The notes under the pieces are model-generated. The model was not told the DNA's origin and ran no database searches. It worked only from the letters and a program-made list of their open reading frames with translations. DNA of 64,000 nt from Balamuthia mandrillaris (Eukaryota): positions 62,001-126,000 of the forward strand of contig JAVKOQ020000062.1 of the NCBI GenBank assembly GCA_031835245.2, read 5' to 3'. Positions 9,693 to 21,481 of the stretch are shown piece after piece (position 1 is the stretch's first letter; each line of letters begins with the position of its first letter). The position numbers were made by a program, and so were the translations under genes.

Positions 9693-12424
9693 TCAACAAG
9701 TGGACTCTTCCTCCGCTTGGTGGGCAAGGAATGCAGGGCGAGAGGCCAATGACGGTCCATACAATGCAGTCAGGCGGTCACGATCCAGCACCAGCACGCG
9801 AGGTGGCAGGAAGGCTGCAAAGAGCTTTGGGTCTGCGGGCAGTTCCTTTCCCGCCCGGAGAGAAAGGAAGGCATCCAGGGAAGTACAGCTGTGCCCATGC
9901 TTGTTCAGTGCTGACAGAATGTTGCGTTTGTAACCCCGGTGATTGCTTTCAATGGTGTTGATGGCAGCAATGAGGTCCTCCATGGTGTAACGGGTCTCTG
10001 TGGTGGGCTGGGCTGGAGGAAGCTCGAAAGAGAGATCACGGAAGGCAGCCATCACGAAGAAAACGTGGTTCAGATTCTGTAGCCCTTGCCTAATCCCTTC
10101 TGTTGGGGCTGTTGGGGTGTTGGTTGGCCCTTTTGATGAAAGGTATGAGAAAAGGGAAAAGCCTGACAACCAAGCAAGAAGAAGAGCAGTGCAGACCTGT
10201 TGCAAACAACTTTTCATAACAATTCATAGTGTGCCTGTATTTGCTGAAGACCGAGGCAAGGGTGAGCCGCAAGGGTCCTGACTTGTTCATTGGTGGTGGC
10301 CGGTTGGCAGACGAAGGGATACCCTTGGTGGTCGGAGTGGAATAGCGGCACTCAATGTTCAGGGCAATTAGTCCATCTGAAACAGATTCTTTGAAGGTGA
10401 CCGCATCGAAGCCAGGCTGGGAGCCTCCGCAACGAAGCATCAGCTGCGAGTAGGCCGTGCTGTCCCGCTTGCCCATCGCTGCTGCCAATGCTTGGTCACA
10501 GAAAGCAGAAGAAGGAAAACTATGGTTGAGGTCAAAGTTGGCATCAAGTACGAAGGGCGGGTACTTGTGTGTGCACAAGAAATTTATGTTTTCAGAGAAG
10601 AAAGTGTTGACAAGGGCTTGCGCGTTGTAGATGTTCTGTAACTTTATGGGCTTCCCAGGACGGTGTAGAAGGCGATGGAGTACCTCCCAATGAGTGTGAA
10701 AGTGTTCTTGCATTTCTCCTTTCTCTCCTGCTGAGGCATGGTTGTCGTTTGCACTCTCTAACATCTTCAATAGCAGCACTTTCACCTTTTCCTCTCGAGT
10801 ATGGTCGTCCCAGTTAGGCATTGTCTGCTTTTTTGATTTAGCAGGCGTTGCGTTCAGGGCCACCTCCTTCCCTCGAAGAGCAGGAAGAATGAATGCCCTG
10901 TTGCTAACGATGCTGGCACCCAATCAGAACATGGCCTGTTCCACCACTTTCTTCATTAGTGCCACATAAGTCTCAGAACTGGTGTGGTTTTGGTGCATGG
11001 CATGAATCTCTTCATCGGTCATGGCTTTCAACACGTCCGCCAAGTATTGGAGAGAGCGAGGATGGCCGACGCAGTCCGAGGTTGCCTGCCGGACGCACCT
11101 CAGCTTGGCCACCTGAATGCCTTCTTTCGAACCAGCTTGTGGCACTGCGGATCTGCAGGCAGCAATAAGGGTGAGCGAGTCCTTCAAACTGAGCCGAGAC
11201 AGAAAAATCCAGTTGATGGGTCAGCCCGAGGAGGTGGTCAACCTACTAAGAGGGTTTGTGTCCAGCGTGGTCACCAGAACATTGAAGTCCTCTACCTCGT
11301 TCAGGGCTGTTTGAAATGCACATTAAAAGAGTGAACACACACACACACAGAAGGGAAAGAAGAACCGTTGCCAATTTCAGAGAGGATGGCACCACATCGC
11401 TCATCCGATCCTGCCTTCATCAGCTCGTCCAGGAGCAAGATGACTGGGGCTTCAACGATGGAAAGAAAGCTCCGGAGGGACAAGCCTGGTAATCCTCGCA
11501 ACATTGGGGCAACAAACCAGTAGAATGCCTCATAGGAAGACTTAGCTGGGTCACAATAGTAGCTTGCACCAAAAAAAAAGGTGAGTTAAAAAAGGTAAAC
11601 AGTTAGAGCAAAGCCAAGAGGCCGGTACCTAAATAATACGCGCAGCAAAAGGTTAAATTGAGGGGTATCATCCAATTCCCAAGTTCGCAGGTTGGTGCCT
11701 CCGTTGAAGGTCATCGAGATGGGAACAGCCCTCTGTAAGATTTGTTTTAACTCCTCGTCTTCGCAAAGGTGCAACAGGTCTTGCAGGTACAGTGCCAAGT
11801 AGTCCAAAAGTGTGGTCTTTCCCCCTCCGGGTGAAGAATGTGTAGCCGTCATGTGGTTAGCAATGCGGTCCGTAGGGTTCGTGCTCGGGCGCCTCTGTTG
11901 AAGACGGCGGGACCAAGATTTGAAACAATCTTGGACGGTTTGCTCTCTGCCAACTGGAGGGCCAGCAACAATCTTCACAACCCCCAATGCAAAGGGTTTC
12001 GAATCTTTTTCTTTGAACGTAAAGCCCGCTTGTTCCTCTCGCCTTCGTGCCAAGTCGTCCAGCCACTTAAACCCTTGGGCTGCGGGTGCTGCTGTTGCAG
12101 ACGGTGTAGCCCCAACGACCTCATGATAGCCCTGTGAAATGTGGGCCAACGGGCCTCAAAAAAAGAAAACAAAAGGAATAAAAACTTGGTTGTTGCAACG
12201 GGAAAAACGCATAACGTACGGGCTGAGCACATGAAACCTCGCCTCAACTGCGCAGTGGGGAAGGCACACCGCCTGCTGTTGACCAAGAGCAGCCTGTTGT
12301 TCCCTTTGATCAGCCCCCTTACAGGGGTTTTTTTCCCACCCACTGGCAGCGCCACCGCGAGAGTTCTGTTCTTGCCACATGACGGCAAAGAGCGCAATGA
12401 TGATACGTTGCGAAGAGTGGACAT
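9693..12424 (-). pseudogene. Crinkler/RHS-type NTPase + PD-(D/E)xK restriction-endonuclease-fold protein, with two in-frame TGA codons
   Basis: Five exons join in frame. Motifs: Walker A SSPGGGKTTLLD, PISMTFNG, Walker B ILLLDELMK, VTTLD, SG*PINWI, DCVGHPRSL, nuclease core QPGFDAV...LNIECRYS, C-terminal LTALYGPSL. TGA codons at 11221-11223 and 10924-10926. Confidence 0.8.
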
Positions 12425-12573
12425 CAACCTCTCACACACACCACTCGGATACAGTGCTACTTTCGGTAGAAGGCCCCTGCACACACCTTTTCAAGGGGCA
12501 TTTGGGAGGAAAAGAGCTGAGTTATTTGGGAAGACCCCTCGCAATTTGTCTACAAAAAAAGAAAGACCGTAGT

Positions 12574-12899
12574 AACTTCGTCGTGTGGCGGATGGATGGA
12601 TGGAGAAACGGCGTGGCCAACGCGGAGGAAGAGTTTAAGGTTGGCGCCCTGACTTTCTCTTCTACCATCTTAACGCCTATGAGGAGGCTCAGCGGTTCTA
12701 CCTTTATGCCATCAAGGTGTCTCCTCCTGATCCGTTCTCTTGCAACAACTATGCTTGTATGCTCCTTGGAATGGCTGACGATGACTTATATTGGAAGGAT
12801 TTGCTTCAAAGAGCAGAACAGCTGCAGTGCCAACGCCGTGCCTCTTCTTTTGCTCAAACATCAGCATCAATTGTTGGCGGGGGAGAGACGGTGCCGTAA
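12574..12899 (+). pseudogene. TPR-repeat gene fragment
   Basis: One frame reads DFLFYHLNAYEEAQRFYLYAIKVSPPDPFSCNNYACML, a TPR consensus (EA..Y..A....P.....NNYA..L). Upstream ANAEEEFKV lies in another frame and no intact start is seen. Confidence 0.55.
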
Positions 12900-12984
12900 T
12901 CCTCTTGTGACGCTGCAACAACAACAAAACAATAGCAACAAGTGAGAGAAACGATTTTGCTTGGTTAGCAGAAAGTTAGCAAGC

Positions 12985-12987
12985 CGA

Positions 12988-13023
<36 letters not shown>

Positions 13024-13320
13024 AAAAGAAAGAAAGAAAGAAAGAAAAGAAAAAGAAAGAAAAGAAAAGAAAAAAGAAAGAAAGAAAGAAAAGAAAGAAA
13101 AAGAAAGAAAAGAAAGAAAAAGAAAGAAAGAAAGAAAGAAAGAAAAGAAAAGAAAGAAAGAAAGAAAAGAAAAAGAAAGAAAGAAAAGAAAGAGAAAGAA
13201 AAGAAAGAAAGAAAGAAAAGAAAAGAAAAAGAAACGACAAGAAACGACAAGAAACGACAAGAAACGAAAGAAACGACAAGAAACGACAAGAAAGAAAGAA
13301 AGAAACGACAAGAAAGAAAG
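12985..13320. repeat. Purine-rich (GAAA)n/(GAAAA)n tract with GAAACGACAA units
   Basis: Seen directly. Confidence 0.95.
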
Positions 13321-13571
13321 TATAGAGTGGCGTTAAAAATCTGGGGACATACCGATAGCCTTGGTCGTGTGACGAAAGAGCTTATGTTTCGCTTTTTTTT
13401 CTCTGGTGATTTTTTTTGGTTCTAGTTAATGCTCTGCTTCAAAGGCTATCAAATGATTGTTCTTCATCTCTGGTTCGATCACTGGTGTTGAAGCTGTAAA
13501 ATGCCCTGCCTGTTTGTCCCCCCCCCATCTCCGAAACGCCATCCCCCCCCCATGCAATCCAATCGATGAGC

Positions 13572-13701
13572 AACGCGCGATGGTTGGGTTTGGCGGTCGT
13601 CTTTGTCGACACTAATTTTCCCCGCTGGAGAAAGCAGGGGAAACGCAAGGACTTTTTTCGCTGCCCTTTCTTCCCTTGCCATTTCTTTTCAGCCGGATGT
13701 G
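13572..13701 (+). repeat. Dispersed ~130-bp intergenic element, copy 1
   Basis: Aligns by eye with 35030-35155 through shared blocks AACGCG..ATGGTT.GGTTTGGCG, ATTTTCCCCGCT, GGAAACGCA.GGACTTTTTT, GCTGCCCTTT, TTCCCTTGCCATTTCTTTTCAG and CGGATGT. Confidence 0.85.
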
Positions 13702-14044
13702 GCGTCACGGTGGCGACGCGTCCTCTCGCGAGAGAGAGGTTAAGGGGCAAAGAGAGCAAAGGAACGAAAAATCCCTACGCTCGGTCGCACGCAACATCAA
13801 CGAAAATCGAAACCAGGACCTGTTATGCTCACGACGAGCATCGGTTAACAAAGCAGCCAAAGGCATACAAAAAAAAAACTTTGGAGGAGGAGGTGGAGGA
13901 GGGAAGAAGTCTCCACGTTGAAGGAAAGAAATAGTCGACTACCTGATCCCCTTTACCCCCGAACCTATTATTATTTTTTTTTTTGGTCCCTGACCACTTC
14001 GGCAAAGTGTGAGAGAGGGAACTTGTAGCGTTTAAAAAACAAAG

Positions 14045-16364
14045 ATGAATTTCAAGGCAGCGAGGGAGCTGATGGTGAAGCAACAACAGCAACAGCAACA
14101 GCGCCCTGATAACAAGGTTTTGCTGGAGGGACATGCCTTCAAGATGAAGAAGCGGTTGTTTCACCTGTGGAAGAAGCGCTACTTGGTCTTAACCCCTGCC
14201 TTTCTGTTTGTCTACAAGACCATGCGTCAACGGGTATGCATGCGCTGCTCCTCCTCCTTTTTTTTTGATGTTTGTTTTTCGCAATCCATTCCTTTCTGAT
14301 CTTCTAACACCAAAAAGAACGAAGAAGAGCTTGGAGAGGGATGCGTTCGCCTCTCGTTGGACAACCTGATAGTGCGTCCCTCTCCCACCACCATGAAGCA
14401 CAAGCACTCGTTTGATGTGTTCACCAATGACTATCACTACGTTTTCGCTGTTCTGACGCAAACCATGAAGAATAACTGGATACAGACCATACAGTACCTC
14501 TCCTTCTTCTTTCTCTTTCCCTCCTCGAGGCTTTATTGTCTTTTTTTTTTTGCCTACTCTCCTGTTTCTTTCCTTGCTTTCTTTTCTCGTTCTTCTGTCG
14601 TCAGTCCTTTCGTTCGCCTTTCTTTCTTCTTTTTTGTTACTTGTATCATTAATATATTTTCTGATTTGTTTTAAACAAAGACAAGCGTGCTACCATCGCA
14701 AAGCCACAGCGGCTGGCAAGCACAAGAAAAGCGGAGTAACTTCTTGGCAAGAAGAAGCGTTGCTGGAGGGAATTGAAACCGGCCAAAAGACACAAAGAGA
14801 GATTGACGAGGAGCTGGTGCGACTGGCTGCTGTGCTAAAGAAGAACCAACCGGCCGCTCGCACAGTCACTGTTTACGCTGATGGCAGTCACCAGACTCGT
14901 GCCAATACAGTTGCAACACCCAACGTAGCATCTGCCACAGGCCAACACCATACGCACGTTCCTACTGGAGGCTCGCTGCCCCCCCAGCCGCTGAACTCTT
15001 CTCCTTCGGCGGTGGGACTTGGCACCATCAGTGGAGGAAGAAGAAGAGGACAGATATACAGCACCAGAGGCGAAGAACGAGATCCGGACTATCTCACCTA
15101 CGATGAAAGACGGATATCGCTGACTCGTCAGCAGAGTGTGTTTCTGTTGATGGACTCAGCCAGCGGCGATGGCTTCACGGAAGAAGGCTTCGAGGAGAAG
15201 GCCCTCCCTGCTACATCTTCTCCCGCCGAATTCATTCCACAACAACTACAAACAGGCATCGTTACTCCACGAAGGCCACCCATACGCCCAAGAGGCCTGG
15301 CCAAAGGCAACAAGCCTATCCCTCCACTTCCTTCTCAAGCCTACCCCACTCTTACTTCCACCACTAGCAATTGCCAAAAAGGGCAACCACCTCCTGTACC
15401 TCCTCGTTCACGAGAAAGAGGAGGCACCTTTGTGACAACCACGCGGCCTCCTTTTCTCACGGCAAGAGCTCGCAGCCGTTCGTTCGATGCTAGCAGCATC
15501 ATTCTCCAGTTGCCACAATCCACACTTATCCTTCCAAATTCAGCCGGTAGTGCTAATAGCAGCAGACGAAAGGCACATACCACTCCGCCAAAGAAAGAAC
15601 CGCCAGAGCGACCCGCTAGGCACAACACTATCTTCCCAACTCCCACCACTCTCACTTCCCCTCCTGCTTCCAAACCCACTCCTGTTCTTACTCCTCCTCC
15701 TCCTTACAAAGCTTCAACCTTCAACTCTCACTCCACAATAGCTTCAACTGGCATGTTTGTACGACAGCATCGTCGCAGCAACTCGGTGCCTACTTCTGTG
15801 CAAGCCAACGACGACGCTGCTGTTGCTGCCAGCACAACAGGTCGCGCTCTTGCGTCAGCGGCAGAGCGGCGGTGGGAAGGTCCTCCACCGGTGCCTCCTC
15901 GTATCTTGAAAAAGCAGTGTGACCTTCAAAAAGGCTATCCCGGCTTTTCTTCATCTCCAGAGCTTTCCTCTCCTTCCTCTTACTCCTCACCTATCAGTGG
16001 TGACGCCGTTTCTACTAACACTGGCGATGCACCTGTTCTGCCTTATCCCTCTCCCCAATTCCTTCCCTCCCCGTTACCAACACCAGCTCCTATCCCGCTC
16101 ACATCTTCGTTGGAAGGAGGAACTTCCACAGCAACACTAACCTCCAGACCTTTTCCTTCTCCTCCCAGTACTCCGTCTCCTTCTTCTTCCCAAAAGTTCT
16201 CTCAGCAGCTCAATCAGAGATGCGGACCAACTCCACAGCTCCACCTTTCCACTGCAGCACCAACGCGCAGATTGAATGGACAACCTTTCTCTCCAAAGCA
16301 CAATAACAGCAACAGCCAACAGCAGCTGCAAACCGGGCCCTTTCTGAATCTTTCTTCTGTGTGA
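14045..16364 (+). CDS. PH-domain protein with long proline-rich C-terminus
   Basis: LLEGHAFKMKKRLFHLWKKRYLVLT..LFVYK | ...HSFDVFT...YVFA...MKNNWIQTIQ is a PH fold across two introns. The tail has PPPVPPR twice and other PxxP motifs. Confidence 0.88.
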
Positions 16365-16712
16365 CTATTTCTCTTTCATGGTGGGCGTAGCCAGTGCTCT
16401 CTGTTCTCTCTCTCTCTCTCTCTGTTCTCTCTCTCTCTCTCTCTCTTGCTATTTCATCTCTCTCTCTGTTCTCTCTTCTTTTATCTTACGAAGAAGAGGA
16501 AGAGGTTGGCGTAAAGGACGCCACTGCCAGCTGCTCCACCTCTCTCTTGTTATTTCTGTATATCTGTCTAGCTTTCTTGTACATCGCATATTATACATAG
16601 AAACACAATACTCTTAACGTTAACGTTACTTTAAATCTATGTTGAACGCGCGTAAACAAACGTATGAACAAGGAAGGAGGATGAACTCGACAAGAGTTCA
16701 TCACAACCAAAG

Positions 16713-18574
16713 TTAGAGGTATGACTCCAGTTTCTTGACGGCAGGTCCGTGGATGACCTCTCCCTTGACAGAGAACCGAGAGCCATGGCAAGGACAATCC
16801 CAGGCGCGATCGCCTTGGTTCCAACGGAGGTGGCAGCCAAGATGGGTGCACGTCGGAGAGACAGCGTGCATCCTGCCCTCGGGGTCCCTGTAGGCCGCCA
16901 CCAACTTGCCGCGATACTTGCAGACAGCGCCAGTGTCGTTCACCAGCTCCTCAATGTCCGGCACCTTGGCGATGTGCTTGGCCCTGTCGCCCACAAAGTG
17001 GGCGCCCACCTTGGCCTGGAACTTGGCGAGGTTGGGCAGCGAGCTCATTAGGTGCCAACGCCTCGCGTCGTAGAGGTGGTGCCACTCTCGGTTCTCCTTG
17101 CCGTCGATGAGGTCGGCGATGAGCATGCCCGCTGCGGAGCCATGTGCCAGGCCCCATTTCTTCATGCCCGTTGCTGTGAATATGCTCTTTGTTCCTCTGT
17201 ACAAATAGCCTGTGTTTGTATCATATGTACTTTGGTGAGCAAGTTGAACAAGAGAGAAAACAGGAACAGGAATGGAGATGAAATACCAATGTATGGGATG
17301 CTGTCAGCAGGCATGTAGTCCTCTCCACTCCAACGCGAGACTACGTCTTTGATTGGAAAATGTTCTCTTGCAAGTTCTTCCAACTGTTAACAAAGACAAA
17401 CGGCAGAGTTAATGATAAGGCGATATACCCAAAAGGGTGAGAGAGAACGAGAGAGATACGAACGTCTTTGTAGAGTAATTCAGAGTTGTTTGATGGGAAC
17501 TCGCCCATATTGGTTCCCCCTCCCGCTACCACCAGCACCGTCCCGTTGTTGGCAGAACGCACGGAGAGCGTTGGCGTTGTCTCCGCAGTTATATACATCG
17601 CCTTGTTTTGATTGACTGTCAGTAGCGTGGAAGCAAGAAGGAAGGAAGGAAGGAAGGAAGGAGGAAGGAAGGAGGGAGCGTTTACCCGTGGCATTTTAGA
17701 ATTATCTTCCAAAGTGCAGGCCATACAGAAGGACTGAACGGGCTTGCAGAACGCAAAGTGGTTGCTGCGATCCAAGATGGGCAAGTGCGTGGCTAACACT
17801 ACATAGTCCGCTTCGATGCTGCCATCCTCGGTGACCACACGGTGAGGCGAGGCCTCGCTCACAGTCTGCACTCGCGAGTGCTCATACACATCGCAGCCTT
17901 CGCCTTGGACGGCACGGGCTAACCCCAGGCAGTAAGCATACGAGTTGAACTGCGCCTGATTCTCCACTCGTATCGCGGCACGCACCGGGAACGGCAGGTC
18001 CGTCTCTTGCGTGAAAGACGCCGCCAGGCCTGCTGCCTTTGCTGCCTCCACTTCCTTGCATTCGTCGGGAGCACGAGCATCACGTTAACGAATGGACAAC
18101 AGACGAGAGGCAGAGCATAGAGAGAGAGAGAGAGAGAGAGAGAGAAGGGTGGGTTACTGTAGCGATGGTGGAGACCATGTCTCCGTGGAAAGTGAAGGTG
18201 TAGTTAGGCACGCGCTCAAAGTCGCAGTCGATGGCATACTTGGTGACATTGCGCTCCACATAGTCGATGCCCCGCTCGTTAAAGTCGGCGTAGGCCCTGA
18301 TCCCCTCCAGCCCGACCTCCTTCATCAGCTTGGTGTAGCAAAGGCTGTGAAGGGAGCTAAGCTTGGCGGTGGTGAAGGCGGAGATGCCCCTGCCCACGCT
18401 GCCGCCCTCCAGCACCGCCACCCGTTTGCCCTGCTCCTTGAGGCTGAGCGCGGTGGAGAGGCCGACGATGCCGGCGCCCACCACCGCCACGTCCACGCGC
18501 GGCACGCTGCCTTGCAGCTTGGCAAAGGTCGGCACGTTCCTCACGCTCTGCGTCCAAATGGAAGAAGCTTGCAT
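16713..18574 (-). CDS. FAD-dependent oxidoreductase (DAO family) fused to a C-terminal Rieske [2Fe-2S] domain, YhfW-like
   Basis: DVAVVGAGIVG, TTAKLSSLH, VVLATHLP, WSGEDYMPADSIPYIG, ATGMKKWGL, Rieske CTHLGC...WDCPCHGSRF. Spliced. Confidence 0.93.
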
Positions 18575-19385
18575 CTAAGAAGATCTTCTTTATAAGAGTG
18601 TATATATAAGAGTGGTCGTGCTGCTGCGGTCGTTTGTTGTGGTTGTTGTTTCTTCGGTGGAGCTTAAAGAGAAGGGATGTAGCCCATGGATGGTACGTAT
18701 GGGCCCATGGCTTTGGTTTGCCATTGCCTTTCTCTGGATTAGCCAGCAGTTTCCTTCGGCCTGCTGCTGCTTCTTTGGCCCACGTGCAGGTGGAGGCAGA
18801 CCGGAGAGGAGAGAGCACGGAGGAGAGAGCAGAGAGGAGACAGGCAGAGAGCAGAGAGGAAAGAGGAGAGAGATTCGGCGAAGGCAGGGTTCTTTCAGGA
18901 CGACGTGAGAATAATTCACAGGAAAACTCGAGAAAAGGGAATTTTCGGAGTTGAGTCAATTTGCAATCCAATGGAAGAATGCCACGTCATTACATGACAT
19001 AATCACGTTGGAATTTCCGGTATTGGGGGGTTTTTCTGTTTGTTTCCCAATAGTAATTGAAGAAGAGAGAAGGAAGGAAAGGGAAGGAAGGAAAGGGAAG
19101 GAAGGAAAGGGAAGGAAGGAAAGGGAAGGAAGGAAGAGGAAGGAAGGGAAAAGTGGGAGAAAGCAAGCCAAAAAAAAAAAAAAACACAAAACTCTCATAG
19201 GGGGAAGTTTGAAGGGGCTTGTCTTTGTCTTCCGGAACCAAGGGAGCGCACACGTGGGAAGGAAGAAGAAAGGGGAAAAAAAGAAACCACAACCACGCGT
19301 CGTCCTTCTTCTCTGCAGCTTACTTGCGGTACTCTTTTTTTAAATATTCTTATTTCATTATGCGTTCTTCTTCTTTGTTCCTGTT

Positions 19386-19421
<36 letters not shown>

Positions 19422-20022
19422 GTTGTTTTTTTCACCTGTATTATTGTGGAGAGTGAACCCCAAATCTTTTTATTTGATTCTTTGAGTGTGAGTGTAAAGG
19501 GCAAACTGATGATCTTCATGTTGGAGATTTCTCGCTCTTTGATTTTGTTTCACTTCAAGCTTTTTGTGGGTGCATTTTATTTTGGAGGGAATCAAATGAA
19601 GTGCGCAGCCCAAAACTCCACTTTTGACCTCCGAAACGTCTTTCTGTTGTTAGTATTTTTTTTTTGCCTTTCTCTAACTCTCTCTCCTCTCTTGTTTCCT
19701 CTTCTCTCTTCTTTCTCTCTCTCCTGTCTCTCTCTTCTCTCTCTCTCTCTCCTCTTCTATCATTTCGCTTCGTTCGCTCGTTCTCTTTCTTCTCTCTGTT
19801 TGTTCTCTTCTTCTTGTTATTCTTGTTCTTGTTCTTGCAACAAGCAGGGATCAAAGAAAGCGAAGAGAAGGAGGTTTCATCAACAAAACGGACTTACGTG
19901 TGCAGAAGGAAGAGACAACGGAGAAACAGCGCTGCCAACCAAAGCAGAGAGGAACTCACTAGTCGCAGTCCCCTTTTTTTAATCCCTCAAAAAGGAGAAA
20001 AAAAGGAGAATCGCTGCGAGCA

Positions 20023-21447
20023 TTGGTTAGTTTCCTCTACTACTTCAGGTTTCAAGCAGCGTGTGTTGCCCAACAGAGAAAAGGAGCTGCTATCGTGGAG
20101 GGCTCTAGAAGAACACTTCAGCTGCAGGCTGGTGGTCCACCTCGCAGGAAGAGAAAAAACAGGCGAGGTGCGGACGAAGACGAACCACAGCGAAAATACA
20201 AAGAGGAAGTAGACGAAGAAGAAGCGGAAGTAGAAGAAGAGGAAGAAGAAGAAGACAGTAAAAGAAGCATTAAGAGAAACAGGGGAGAGACAACCTCTAC
20301 AACTTCTGTGAGTGCTTCTAGGAAGAGGAGCAAACGAAAGAGAAAAGGAAAGAAGAACGGAAAGAGAGTAACAAAGGCGGCGCGCCACCAGGTTACTGGC
20401 AGCTCCAGCGATAGCGATAGTTTGGAGCAGAAGGACAAAAAGAGAGGAGGAGAAGAGGAAGAAGAGGAAGAGGAAGAGGACGATATGGAAAACGGTGGTA
20501 GCAGCTCCGCTATGAATGGTCTTGTCAGTGGCACTAATTCCAAAGGTTACAAATGCCATCCGCTTATCAGAAAAGAAGACTATGTTCGACTCATTATTCA
20601 AGCTTTGCATGATCTTGGCTACTCGTACGTGGCCTCTCTCTCTCTCTCGCCTTCCTTTCTTGTTTTTCGTTGCTGACGATTTGTATTGAATAGGCAAAGC
20701 GCTCAACTTTTGTCTAAAGAATCTTTAATCGAATTGCAATCCAAAGCCGTGACTGAGTTTTGCGCCGATATTTTACATGGCCGTTGGAGCAAGGTATGTC
20801 TTCTCTTTTGAAATCTAATGTTTTGAATTGTTTTGGTGGTTTGTTTTTTTTCTTGGTTGGTGTGAAACAATTTTTGGATGAGTCAGTCTAACTTTTCTTC
20901 GACAAAGGCATCCTCCTTGCTTTCTCAAATCATTAGCAATAAACAAGACCTAGCAGTAAGCCCAACTCCAGCTCTCTCTCCCTCTCCCTCTCTCTTCTTC
21001 TCCTCTTCCCTCTGGTCTCCCATCCTGCATACGGTCGTTCGCTAATTCAAATGTGTTTTTCTTGAATGATTCGCTTGATGATGCAGAGTGCACACTTTCT
21101 CATTTACGAACAAGAGTATTTGGAACTTCTGGAAAAGGGAAATGTGCAGCAGGCACTCCAATGCTTGCGCACACGAATTGCACCGCTCAATTGCAATCAT
21201 CTTCGTCTTACCAAACTTAGCACGTTGTAGTATTCTTTTTACGTTGTCTATTTTGAAATTGCCCTTCTGACTTTCCTTTATTTAAAGTTTGGTGATGTTT
21301 ACCGATAAAGAGGAGCTTTATCATAGACTCAATTGGGATGGAGTTAATGGCTCTTCTCGACACAACCTTTTGCGTCAGTTGCGGCGTATGTATTTTACAC
21401 CTTTTTCTTTCCCCTGTTTCTGCTTTTCTTCTCTTTTCGGTTTTTCC

Positions 21448-21481
<34 letters not shown>

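Noticed and set aside
10924..11223. Alternative genetic code or selenocysteine for the in-frame TGA codons
   Set aside because: TGA is the normal terminator of intact genes here (homeodomain, PH protein), the context is not a redox Cys site, and no SECIS was recognised.
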